The notes under the pieces: model-generated | Told to the model about the DNA's origin: nothing | What the model saw: only the letters and a program-made list of their open reading frames with translations | The model's database searches: none | Shown here: piece after piece, positions 30,133 through 38,783 of the stretch | Layout: each line of letters begins with the position of its first letter | How positions within the stretch are numbered: position 1 is the first letter of the stretch | Origin: Candidatus Aldehydirespiratoraceae bacterium | GTDB lineage: Bacteria > Actinomycetota > Acidimicrobiia > Acidimicrobiales > Aldehydirespiratoraceae | Assembly (NCBI GenBank): GCA_965205465.1 | Contig: OZ242187.1 | Location: 1,164,577 to 1,228,576, forward strand | Direction of reading: 5' to 3' | DNA length: 64,000 nucleotides | Translations under genes and position numbers: made by a program

Positions 30133-31067
30133 GGTTTCCTCCTCAATTCAGTGGTCAATTCAGTGGTCGGCGACCAAACCCTCGATGAAGTTGTAGGTCG
30201 CCTCCGCGATGACTGACCAATCGGTATCGGCTTGTTTTGCGTCGGAGCCAGGCCGAGGCTCTTTTCGGCTTCGGTTTTTCCCCCAGCGGGCCTGAGCGGT
30301 TCCAAACGCGGTCCCCAATGTCCGTGGGGCGCGACCAAATGACGAGTGTGATCGCCGTAGCCGTAGTCAGATTCCATCACCGCTCGGCCATAACGGCTGT
30401 GATGGACAACGCCATCGGCTTCCGAACACCAGATTTGGTAGCTCTCACGCGCCTGCGGGAAAAGGTGAGGTTTGCGGTTGTGCTGAGTCCACAGAATAGG
30501 GATGCCCGCGGCACGCAGGTTGGCGATCACTTCGCGGGTTCGAGCCGGGTCGGTTCCTGCGGACCACTCGGGCCAGTGCAAATGGAACACGTCGAATTCG
30601 CAGAGCGCAGCGGGGTCGTCCAGCAACCAGGTCGCCTCTTGGTCAGCCACCCGTTCGCCGAGTGGGTCATACAAGCTGCGGCTGTACCAGTGTCCTGCTG
30701 CCTCTGCTGCATTAGCCAGATCTGCTTCGTTCCAGGCTCCGAGCGCCGGGTTGTCGTCAAGTCCTCCAAAGCGCAACAGGGTTTCAGCTGTGCGGTAGCT
30801 GTAGAAACTGTGAGTCATTCTGCCGTCGAGCTGTCGCACGATATCGAGCGCGACATCCGCGCACTGCAGTCCTGCGACCTGCTCTACACCCGCCTCGTGC
30901 AACAACGAGAGCGTGAATGCGAGATCGGCTCGAGCGTCGGGGCCAACGACGTAGCCACCATGTACGCGTGGCAAATCGAGACCGGGAGCGTGTTCGGCCT
31001 CAAAATCGCTCAGCACTGCTTTGACAAGTTCAAGCAATCCGTTTGCCAGGTCAGAAGGGGTTGGCAT
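30114..31067 (-). pseudogene. Probable truncated glycosyltransferase-like gene (GT-B N-terminal half only; out-of-frame tail)
   Basis: FDVFHLHWPEW ... GIPILWTQHNRKPH ... ADGVVHHSRYG ... SLGLAP resembles the N-terminal Rossmann half of GT4-type enzymes. No C-terminal half follows. The last ~40 codons look non-protein-like, while another frame reads ...DWSVIAEATYNFIEGLVADH*. Confidence 0.4.
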
Positions 31068-31170
31068 AGCGGTCAGTCAGAGGTCGGGTGAGAGGTCGCG
31101 TAGGGCCGTACGCTAATACTTTGGTGCGGCGCGACCTCAACCCGATCGAGTAGGCATTCGAGGAACAGAC

Positions 31171-31299
31171 ATGACCCGACGACTCAGCAAACTCAGCCGA
31201 TCAGTTGCGGGCAAGGTCGTGCTCATTACTGGTGCTGCCTCGGGAATGGGTAGAGCCACTGCCGCGGTTGATGGCGGACAGACCATGAAGAACGACTGA
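31171..31299 (+). pseudogene. SDR N-terminal fragment (42 codons), gene remnant
   Basis: My own translation gives MTRRLSKLSRSVAGKVVLITGAASGMGRATAAVDGGQTMKND*. It has the SDR cofactor motif TGAASGMG, then diverges and stops. It is too short to appear in the ORF track. Confidence 0.5.
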
Positions 31300-31346
31300 A
31301 GCGGGCGCGTTCGTGGTTGGTGCTTTGATACCGTGAATCCTGTTCA

Positions 31347-32597
31347 TTGCAATTGTGTGACAAAATGCCCGGCACGTCGCGATCACCTGTAGCTCCCCCA
31401 CGAAATCGCCGCAACCGGAAGCTTCGCGTCGTAGCCGCGGCCCTGGTTTTTTCCGCGATCGCCGCAACAGGCCCAATAGCGGTCGCGCAAGACAAACCAC
31501 CTGACGAACTCCGTGAGGAACGAAAGCAAGTCAAAGAGAAAGAGGTCGAAACACAAGAGGAGATCGAGGAACTCTTGGGGGACCTCGACAACCTGGAGAT
31601 CGCATTCAACAATCTGGTCGCGGCCGCAGACAGCGCCGATGAAGCTGTTGACGCCGCCATCAGAAAATTGAGCGACGCACAGGCAGAGCAAGCTAGGACG
31701 GCAACGAGAATCGCCGAACTTGAAGCCGAGATCGCCGAGACCCAACTGTTGTTGCAACAATCAGCCATCAGCGCCTACACGTCGTTTCAAGGACCCAACA
31801 GCGAGCAGACGGCGTTGAGTTCGGACCCTTGGCAGCAGGCACGCAGCCAGTCCTTGCGCCGTTTCGCCAACCGCAGCACCGAGGATCTCCTCGACGCGTT
31901 TCGAGGCCAAGCAGCTGAACTCGAAGCGCTACGTGAAGAATCGGACCGTTACATCAACGAACTCGAAGAACTGCGCAACGACGCACTTGAACGGGAGGAC
32001 AATTTCAACCGAGCTGTCGCCCGCGAGGGCCACGCGCTCGCGACGATCGAAAACCGCCGGATTGATCTCATCACCGAACTCGAATCTCTCGAGAATCAGA
32101 GCGCCGAATTGGCAGACAGAATCACCCGAGAAGTTGATCGCCTAGCCGCCATCGCCGCCGCGGCCCGAAGGCGGGCTCAAGGGGTCACCGTGCCTCCCAA
32201 CGCACCGGTTGAGCTGGCATCCGTTTGGGGGATAGTTGTCAATGTTCTGATCGTCGAAGAGCTTGAGGGGCTTCTGGTCGCAATGGAAGCCGAGGGATTC
32301 ACCCTTGGCGGTGGCGGATATCGAGACAATTCCAGGCAGATCGAACTGCGACGCCAGCATTGCGGCACCTCTGAATACGCGGTCTACCAGATGCCGGCGT
32401 CCCAGTGCAGTCCACCCACGGCCCGACCCGGATTCTCGCAACACCAGGTCGGGTTGGCCGTCGACTTCACACACAACGGCAGGATCATCCGCAGCCGTAA
32501 CACAGCCGTGTTCCAAGCCATGGCCCGAATCGCCCCGGACTACGGGTTCGTGAACTTGCCGAGCGAGCCTTGGCACTGGTCGACCACCGGCCAGTAA
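31347..32597 (+). CDS. Secreted coiled-coil protein with C-terminal M15B/VanY-type D-alanyl-D-alanine carboxypeptidase domain
   Basis: Signal peptide, and about 270 aa of heptad-rich E/L/A/R sequence. The C-terminus carries GGGYRDNSRQ...PGFSQHQVGLAVDF...EPWHW (zinc H-x-D...H peptidase motifs). The start may be 31365. Confidence 0.8.
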   Translation: MQLCDKMPGTSRSPVAPPRNRRNRKLRVVAAALVFSAIAATGPIAVAQDKPPDELREERKQVKEKEVETQEEIEELLGDLDNLEIAFNNLVAAADSADEAVDAAIRKLSDAQAEQARTATRIAELEAEIAETQLLLQQSAISAYTSFQGPNSEQTALSSDPWQQARSQSLRRFANRSTEDLLDAFRGQAAELEALREESDRYINELEELRNDALEREDNFNRAVAREGHALATIENRRIDLITELESLENQSAELADRITREVDRLAAIAAAARRRAQGVTVPPNAPVELASVWGIVVNVLIVEELEGLLVAMEAEGFTLGGGGYRDNSRQIELRRQHCGTSEYAVYQMPASQCSPPTARPGFSQHQVGLAVDFTHNGRIIRSRNTAVFQAMARIAPDYGFVNLPSEPWHWSTTGQ

Positions 32598-32623
32598 GCA
32601 ATTCGCTGAGCCTCAGCGTGGTG

Positions 32624-33832
32624 CTATCGAGATGTTGCAGCGACCGCTTCGGCGGGGCGGCCCGCGATCAGACCGTCGACACCTCGACCGAGTAGTTCGG
32701 CGTAGAACTCGCGGGTCTCAACCACATCGGTTCCACTCAGCCAAACCCAGACGTAGCGGCCCTCGTTGTGGATCCTCTCGGTGAGTTCTGGGGTAACGAC
32801 TTCGACTCCCTCGAAGGTCAACGGGACCTGTAACACGCGGTAGCGAGAATCGAGAGGTACCCCCGACAAGAACCATGCGAGCATGGCTTCGAGTCCGGGG
32901 CTGGTGGCCACGCTGGGAGCAAGTTCGTTCAACGCGGCCAGCGTCTCGTCGTTGAAAGAACTCACGATCACCGACTGCTCGCGACCCAACTCGGCGATCT
33001 CCGCAGCAAGCACCTCCGCTGCGGCAACACCGGTACGAGGGTCTGCTTCGCCGTCTGGGCCACTTTGGATTTTGATCTCCACGTCTAGCACGTGATTCGG
33101 GAAGCGCTCTGCCACCTCGGTGAACGTCGCCACCGAGAAGTCGTCGGGTTCGAAACCCGGCGGTGGTTCAACCTCCCCTGTGCGCACCCCGCGAAATACA
33201 TACTCCTCATCCGGCTGGGATTGGTCTCCCCATCGGCCGGGCAGGAACCAATGTGCGCTATCAAGCGCCTGGATCTCGGCCAGCGTCAATTCGGCTACTC
33301 GACCGGTGGTTTCGGTAGTGCGGTCCACGGTGTCGTCATGCTGCACGATGAGTACACCATCGGCGGTGAGTTGCACATCAAGTTCGAGGATGTCGGCACC
33401 GGCCGCTGCTGCTTGTGCGTACGCGTAGATCGTCGAGTGTGGATAGTCCTGATCGCCGCCCGCGTGGGCAATAACCAGGGGGCGATCAAGTTCGAGGAGT
33501 TGGTCGAGAGTCGGCGCATCCGGTCGAGGTGCCTCGGTGGTCGTGGTCGAGGGGGCCTTCGTTGTGGTCGTCGTCGCGGGCGCTTGTGTTGTGGAGGTCG
33601 TCGAATCCACAGTCGATGATGTCACCGTCGTGGTTGTAGTCGTTGACGGCTCGACCGATGTTGAGGGCGTTTCAGAACTAGACGGCTCTCCACTACCGTC
33701 TTCGCCGTTACCACAACCCACAACAAACAACCCGGCAACCAGCGCTAGAACCCTGAGCCTGCATGGTTTAGCCAGCGACCGTAAACCAACAGTTCCCTGC
33801 ACAGTATTGCTTTCCGTCGTCGATGCCCACAT
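32624..33832 (-). CDS. Glycerophosphodiester phosphodiesterase lipoprotein with Thr/Ser-rich linker
   Basis: Lipobox LFVVGC, a poly-T/S linker, and a GDPD core (VIAHAGG, ELDVQLTADGVLIVQHDDTVDRTT). The start is uncertain (33832 or the GTG at 33802). Confidence 0.83.
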   Translation of the reverse strand: MWASTTESNTVQGTVGLRSLAKPCRLRVLALVAGLFVVGCGNGEDGSGEPSSSETPSTSVEPSTTTTTTVTSSTVDSTTSTTQAPATTTTTKAPSTTTTEAPRPDAPTLDQLLELDRPLVIAHAGGDQDYPHSTIYAYAQAAAAGADILELDVQLTADGVLIVQHDDTVDRTTETTGRVAELTLAEIQALDSAHWFLPGRWGDQSQPDEEYVFRGVRTGEVEPPPGFEPDDFSVATFTEVAERFPNHVLDVEIKIQSGPDGEADPRTGVAAAEVLAAEIAELGREQSVIVSSFNDETLAALNELAPSVATSPGLEAMLAWFLSGVPLDSRYRVLQVPLTFEGVEVVTPELTERIHNEGRYVWVWLSGTDVVETREFYAELLGRGVDGLIAGRPAEAVAATSR

Positions 33833-33867
33833 CGTTGAGGCTCTGCGGCAAAAGGTATCATGGCCGG

Positions 33868-34887
33868 ATGTCATCCACATTGTTCAGTCTTCTCAAGGAC
33901 TCAATCTCGGGCGATGCTGTGGCGCGCACAGTTGAAGAACACGAGGGCCGGTTCGACACCGTCGGAGACGAAGACCCGAGAGAAAGCGGCTACCACGATC
34001 TTGTCACCGACTACTACAAACTCGTCACGGACTTCTATGAGTACGGCTGGGGCAAGTCCTTCCATTGTGCCCCGCGGCATGCAAACGAGAGCTTTCAAGC
34101 TTCTCTCACCCGCCACCAGCACTTCATTGCCCACAAGCTTGGCCTTCAGCCCGGCATGCGGGTCGCCGACCTGGGTTGTGGTGTCGGCGGTCCACTGCGC
34201 GAAATCATCAGCTTTTCTGGCGCCAACGTGGTCGGCGTCAACATCAGTTCCTACCAACTTGAACTTGCGCGGAAATACACCGATGAAGCCGGACTTGGTC
34301 ATTTGGCGGAGTTTCTTGAATGCGACTTCATGAACGTTGACGCGCCCGACAGCTCTTTCGACGCCATCTTTGCGATTGAGGCGACGCCTCATGCGCCCGA
34401 TCTCGTCCGCGTGTTCAGCGAAGCTCTGCGCCTGCTGAAAGGTGGCGGTTGCTTCGCCACGTACGAGTGGTGCCTGACGGATCAATTTGATGTCAACGAC
34501 CCGTATCACGTTCAGCTCAAGAATGACATTGAGCTGGGCGCAGCGACGCAAGAGATGCGATACAAACACGATGTAGACGCGGCGTTCCGTGAAGCCGGTT
34601 TCGAATTGCTGGAAACGCGCGACTTAGCTGAACAAACTACGCCTGGAATTCCGTGGTATCAGCCCTTGGTCGGTTCCGGTGTTTCTCTTTCGAGATTCCG
34701 CAGTTCAAGTGTCGGCCGACAGGCGACATATCGTTCCTTGCGTGCGCTAGAAGCGCTCAGGGTCGTCCCAGCTGGAGCGTCGGAGGTTTCGAGGCTCTTG
34801 AACATCGGCGCGAAAGCCCTCGCCGAGGCCGGTCGGCTGGGGATCTTCACCCCGATGTACTTCGCGCTCGCCCGCAAACCTGCCTAG
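33868..34887 (+). CDS. Sterol 24-C-methyltransferase (ERG6/SMT)-like SAM-dependent methyltransferase
   Basis: YYKLVTDFYEYGWGKSFHCAPR, DLGCGVGGPLREI, IEATPHAP and YEWCLTD motifs. The C-terminal ...LAEAGRLGIFTPMYFALARKP matches the sterol-MT C-terminal domain pattern. Confidence 0.8.
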   Translation: MSSTLFSLLKDSISGDAVARTVEEHEGRFDTVGDEDPRESGYHDLVTDYYKLVTDFYEYGWGKSFHCAPRHANESFQASLTRHQHFIAHKLGLQPGMRVADLGCGVGGPLREIISFSGANVVGVNISSYQLELARKYTDEAGLGHLAEFLECDFMNVDAPDSSFDAIFAIEATPHAPDLVRVFSEALRLLKGGGCFATYEWCLTDQFDVNDPYHVQLKNDIELGAATQEMRYKHDVDAAFREAGFELLETRDLAEQTTPGIPWYQPLVGSGVSLSRFRSSSVGRQATYRSLRALEALRVVPAGASEVSRLLNIGAKALAEAGRLGIFTPMYFALARKPA

Positions 34888-34905
34888 AGCAAGTCCGAGT
34901 CGTCC

Positions 34906-36030
34906 TTAGTCGATAGCAAGCAACGCTTGGGAGCGTTGTAGGGAGTCGATGCACTCCTCCACTAGTTCAAAGACGACATCCGCGCTGCGCTTCACTTTGT
35001 TCATGGATCCGACGATCTGACCAACAGGGTTGAAGGCAACTTGTTGGGCCTTGTCGGGGTAACGACCGCTTCTCACCATCGCCTCGCGTACTGCCATCAT
35101 CTGCAACGGCATTCCCAAAGTGTCGGGAGTCTCAGGCCGTTCCCATGCCTCGGTCCAGTCGTTGCGCAGCATTCGGCACGGTTTTCCCGTATATGAGCGG
35201 GAGCGCACCGTGTCCTTGCTGGTGGCATCAAGGAAGGACTGAATTTGCGCTGGTGGTCCCGCCGCTTCTTCCACGGTCAGCCACAAAGAACCGGTCCATA
35301 CTCCTGCCGCTCCCATGGCCAAAGCAGCAGCCATCTGACGACCCGAGCCGATCCCCCCAGCGGCGAGCACCGGAATCGGCGAGATCGCATCGATTACCTG
35401 GGGCCACAACACCATCGAACCGATGTCTCCGGTGTGGCCACCTCCCTCGTAGCCTTGGGCGATCACGAAATCGAGGCCGGCCGCAGCGTGGCGACTCGCT
35501 TGAGCGGGTGTGCCGCAGAGCGCTCCGACCGCCCGACCACTTGCCTGGATTTGCTCGACGAGATCTGGCGGCGGAGTCCCCAAAGCGTTGGCCACCATAA
35601 CCGCGTTGTCGTGACGCAAAATCTCTTCGACCTGGGGAACAGCGGTTGCTGCGTTCCAGCCCATTAGCCCGCTACCGAGCTCTTCGTCGGTCGGTAACTC
35701 TGGAACCTCGTGCTTGTCAAGCATCTCCCGTACAAACTGCCGGTGCTCGTCTGGGATCATCGACTGGAGTTGGCCTGTCAACTTGTTGAGGTCCATCTCG
35801 TCGGCACCGTCGTACTTGGCTGGCAGCACGATGTCTACGCCATAGGGCTTGTCACCGATGTGTTCGTCGATCCATTCGAGTTCGATCCTGAGCTGTTCCA
35901 CACCGAAGCCCACTGCGCCCAAGACGCCCAATCCACCCGCCTTGCTCACAGCGACCACAACGTCACGGCAGTGCGTGAACGCGTAAATCGGGAACTCAAT
36001 ACCAAACCGTTGAGTCAACTCGTTCTTCAT
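34906..36030 (-). CDS. Nitronate monooxygenase family FMN oxidoreductase (paralogue of 19060-20217)
   Basis: FPIYAFTHCRDVVVAVSKAGGLGVLG, with the same domain order as the paralogue. Confidence 0.85.
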   Translation of the reverse strand: MKNELTQRFGIEFPIYAFTHCRDVVVAVSKAGGLGVLGAVGFGVEQLRIELEWIDEHIGDKPYGVDIVLPAKYDGADEMDLNKLTGQLQSMIPDEHRQFVREMLDKHEVPELPTDEELGSGLMGWNAATAVPQVEEILRHDNAVMVANALGTPPPDLVEQIQASGRAVGALCGTPAQASRHAAAGLDFVIAQGYEGGGHTGDIGSMVLWPQVIDAISPIPVLAAGGIGSGRQMAAALAMGAAGVWTGSLWLTVEEAAGPPAQIQSFLDATSKDTVRSRSYTGKPCRMLRNDWTEAWERPETPDTLGMPLQMMAVREAMVRSGRYPDKAQQVAFNPVGQIVGSMNKVKRSADVVFELVEECIDSLQRSQALLAID

Positions 36031-36086
36031 GGGTTCAACCGTAGCGGTGCTTTGCTTTCGCCGGGCCTAACCGGAGCCGCGTCAAC

Positions 36087-36132
36087 TTCGCCGGGCGTAG
36101 CCGGAGCCGCGGAAGGTCAGTCTTGCGGGGAT
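36087..36132. repeat. Left copy of a perfect 46-bp direct repeat (ttcgccgggcgtagccggagccgcggaaggtcagtcttgcggggat)
   Basis: Identical to 37702-37747 on base-by-base reading. It is preceded by one related ~30-bp unit (36055-36081). Confidence 0.95.
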
Positions 36133-36210
36133 GTTGACCGGTGGATTCAGGCTTAGTGCCGTGTAGTGGCTTGGCGAACCAAGACGCGAGATACCTAATT
36201 GGACCATAGT

Positions 36211-36223
36211 TTGACGGTATAAT
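36211..36223 (+). promoter_or_regulatory. AT-rich promoter-like region; perfect TATAAT at 36218-36223 about 60 nt upstream of the HNH gene
   Basis: ttgacggtataat read directly. The -35 assignment is ambiguous. Confidence 0.3.
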
Positions 36224-36284
36224 ATTTCAATATTATCTATGATGTTCCCTGTATTGTCATAGCCATTTGATACTATAAAAACTA

Positions 36285-37610
36285 ATGAAATCTACAGTGG
36301 TAACCCAACCAAAACCGAGCACCGAAGACTCGTTCCATGTTGTCGAACTAGACGATGTAGGCGATGCTTTAGAAATAGCAGCCAAACTCGAATATGGTGG
36401 TTTGCCTGGTGCTGTGTTGGGTGATTCAACAGTGCGTGTCGCAGAGTTGAAAGCACAACTAGCGGCGTTGGAATCTGAGATCGTTGCCGCTTATGACGCC
36501 TCAGGCGATTGGCAGGTTTCAGGTTACCGAACCGTTGGCGCAGCGTTGACGCACCGCGCTCGGATACGGCGCTCAGAAGCCAACCAGACGGTTCAGTTGG
36601 CGCGTTCGCTCAAGGCAATGCCCCTCGTGTCTGACGCGCTCAGCAACGGTGAGATCAGTCTCTGTCACGCACGTCGGCTGGCCAAAGCCTCCACACGCAA
36701 CAGTTTCAGCGATGTTGAACCGTTGTTGTGCGACCATGCCCGCGGACTCAGTTACGCGGCTTTTGACAAGGCGGTGTCATATTGGGAACACCTCATCGAC
36801 ACCAACGCAGCCGAACATGACGCGACGTTCAAAGAACAACGCCGCGAGTTCCATGCGTCGATGACCTTCGACGGGATGGGACGCCTCGACGGATGGCTCG
36901 ACCCGATCAGCTTCGAGGCGTTCCGTAACGCTTTGGACCGCATCGAAGCCGAACTGTTCAACAACGACTTAAAAGATGCACAAGCCGACCACGCCGACAA
37001 ACACGCCGCTGAACTATGGCGCACACCCGCACAAAGACGCGCTGACGCCCTAATCGAGATGGCACGACGCGCCACCGCAGTACCCGAAGGCGCAAAGACC
37101 CCTGAACCGTTGGTGATCATCCACATGGACAAACCAACCTTCGAAACCGGCCTCAACCAGACCCTCGGCCCAACCCTGTACACCAACCCATCACCACCCA
37201 ACCAACCCCCACCCCCCGAAACCAACCGCGGCGACACCTCGACCGGCAAACTCTGCGAAACTGACCGCGGTGACATGTTGACCGGCAGACTCTGCGAAAC
37301 TGACAGCGGGGCGGTGATCACCCCAACCCAAGGCGTTGAACAAGCCCTCAGAGGCCACATCCGCCGCCTCGTCTATCAATCACCCGGCGTGATCTTGGAC
37401 TACGGCCGCTCCACCCGACTCTTCACCGGAGCGCTACGCCAAGCCATCCAAGCCCGAGACCGCACCTGCCGCCATCCCGGCTGCGACCTACCAGCCCGAC
37501 TATGCGAAATCGACCACATCACCGAATGGCAACACGGCGGCACCACCGTCCACACCAACGCTGCCACCCGCTGCTCCTACCACCACCGCCACCACAAACC
37601 CCCCATATAA
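36285..37610 (+). CDS. DUF222 domain / HNH endonuclease protein (13E12-repeat family type)
   Basis: The N-terminal region has AELKAQLAALESEIVAAYD...HARRLAKA (DUF222-like). The C-terminus has CRHPGCDLPARLCEIDHITEWQHGGTTVHTNAATRCSYHH (HNH). There is an internal 39-bp duplication (LCETDRGD...). Confidence 0.85.
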   Translation: MKSTVVTQPKPSTEDSFHVVELDDVGDALEIAAKLEYGGLPGAVLGDSTVRVAELKAQLAALESEIVAAYDASGDWQVSGYRTVGAALTHRARIRRSEANQTVQLARSLKAMPLVSDALSNGEISLCHARRLAKASTRNSFSDVEPLLCDHARGLSYAAFDKAVSYWEHLIDTNAAEHDATFKEQRREFHASMTFDGMGRLDGWLDPISFEAFRNALDRIEAELFNNDLKDAQADHADKHAAELWRTPAQRRADALIEMARRATAVPEGAKTPEPLVIIHMDKPTFETGLNQTLGPTLYTNPSPPNQPPPPETNRGDTSTGKLCETDRGDMLTGRLCETDSGAVITPTQGVEQALRGHIRRLVYQSPGVILDYGRSTRLFTGALRQAIQARDRTCRHPGCDLPARLCEIDHITEWQHGGTTVHTNAATRCSYHHRHHKPPI

Positions 37611-37634
37611 GACCAGCGCCCGGATTAGCCCAAC

Positions 37635-37765
37635 TTTGCTTTCGCCGGGCGTAGCCGGAACCGCGGAGATTTCGCCGGGCGTAGCCGGAACCGCGAGGAT
37701 TTTCGCCGGGCGTAGCCGGAGCCGCGGAAGGTCAGTCTTGCGGGGATTTCGCCGGGTACTAGCCG
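37635..37765. repeat. Tandem array of ~30-bp units ttcgccgggcgtagccggaRccgcg... (about 3.5 units); includes the right 46-bp direct repeat at 37702-37747
   Basis: Read directly. Confidence 0.9.
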
Positions 37766-37766
37766 A

Positions 37767-38747
37767 TCACTCGTCTTGGAGGGCGGGGATCACACGATCA
37801 ACGGTGAGCTCCAGGGACTCCCAGGCCGAGTCGATCGGCATACCCCCGACCAACGGGTGCAGCGCGAGCGCGCCCGTCTGGCGAACCCGGTCCACCGCCT
37901 GCTCTGGCGTCAAGAACTGGTAGATGCCTTCTGCACGCAGTTCTTCTTGGTTGGTGGCATGGGTATGGACCGCAGAAGTCTGGCCAGGGGGCTGCCACGA
38001 GTCATAAACCGAGGCCTCCAGCCAGAAGTGTCGGCCAAGTTCGGCCCAAGCCTCATCAGGATCGTTGACCACATGGACCATGGCTACCTGCTCCGGTGAG
38101 ATGCAGAACCCCTGCGTTCCCAGCCTTTCGCACTCGGCGTAATACAGTGCCTCAACCTCTGGGTTGGCCGCAGGGAGTTGCAGGGGCAAACCGAAGCGCG
38201 CCGCCCGCTTCGCCGCAGCCGGGCCGGAACCCCCGATCATCACCATCGGATGCGGGCGGGTGTAAGGCATGGGACCAACCTTGATCGTCGCGCCGTTGTA
38301 TTCGAACTCCTCACCTGACCAGACCTTCTGCATGGTTTCGAGGGCATGGTCGAGGATCTTGCCGCGACGTTTCCAGTCCTTTTGGACCGCGGCGTATTCG
38401 GCGGGGCGGTAACCAAGCCCCGTGGTGATCGCAATCCGACCCCTGCTTATCAGATCAATCACCGCTAGCTCTTGTGCCAAACGCACCGGATCGTGCAGCG
38501 GTACCAACAGCGCGGTGATCGCCACGGACAGGTTCTCGGTGCGGTTGAGAATCATCGCGGCGTTGAGCAGCGGCGTGGGGCTCCAACCGATCTCGGTGGC
38601 CTGATGTTCCTCAAGGCTCACCATCGCGAAACCGTTCTTGTCGGCGTACTCGGCGAGGTCGAAGCCGGCTCGATAGCGGTCACTCATCTGCGCTGGGTCG
38701 GTCGGGTCTGGATGCACGAAGTTGAGCCGCATCATCATGAAAGCCAC
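37767..38747 (-). CDS. Luciferase-like monooxygenase (LLM class flavin-dependent oxidoreductase)
   Basis: LAEYADKNGFAMVSLEEHQ, IDLISRGRIAITTGLGY and similar LLM motifs. Confidence 0.83.
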   Translation of the reverse strand: MAFMMMRLNFVHPDPTDPAQMSDRYRAGFDLAEYADKNGFAMVSLEEHQATEIGWSPTPLLNAAMILNRTENLSVAITALLVPLHDPVRLAQELAVIDLISRGRIAITTGLGYRPAEYAAVQKDWKRRGKILDHALETMQKVWSGEEFEYNGATIKVGPMPYTRPHPMVMIGGSGPAAAKRAARFGLPLQLPAANPEVEALYYAECERLGTQGFCISPEQVAMVHVVNDPDEAWAELGRHFWLEASVYDSWQPPGQTSAVHTHATNQEELRAEGIYQFLTPEQAVDRVRQTGALALHPLVGGMPIDSAWESLELTVDRVIPALQDE

Positions 38748-38783
38748 AGCAAAACTCTCCTTGGGTCTGGGTCTGGGGTTGAG

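Larger units (their letters stand above)
36133..37701 (+). mobile_element. Putative REP13E12-like insertion carrying a DUF222/HNH gene, bounded by the 46-bp direct repeats
   Basis: A direct-repeat bracket, an AT-rich 5' segment in a GC-rich background, and an HNH/DUF222 cargo of the type found in mycobacterial REP13E12 repeats. Confidence 0.5.

Noticed and set aside
37636-37923. 95-aa ORF (MLSPGVAGTAEISPGVAGTA...)
   Set aside because: It is a translation of the ~30-bp tandem repeats and runs antisense into the LLM gene.
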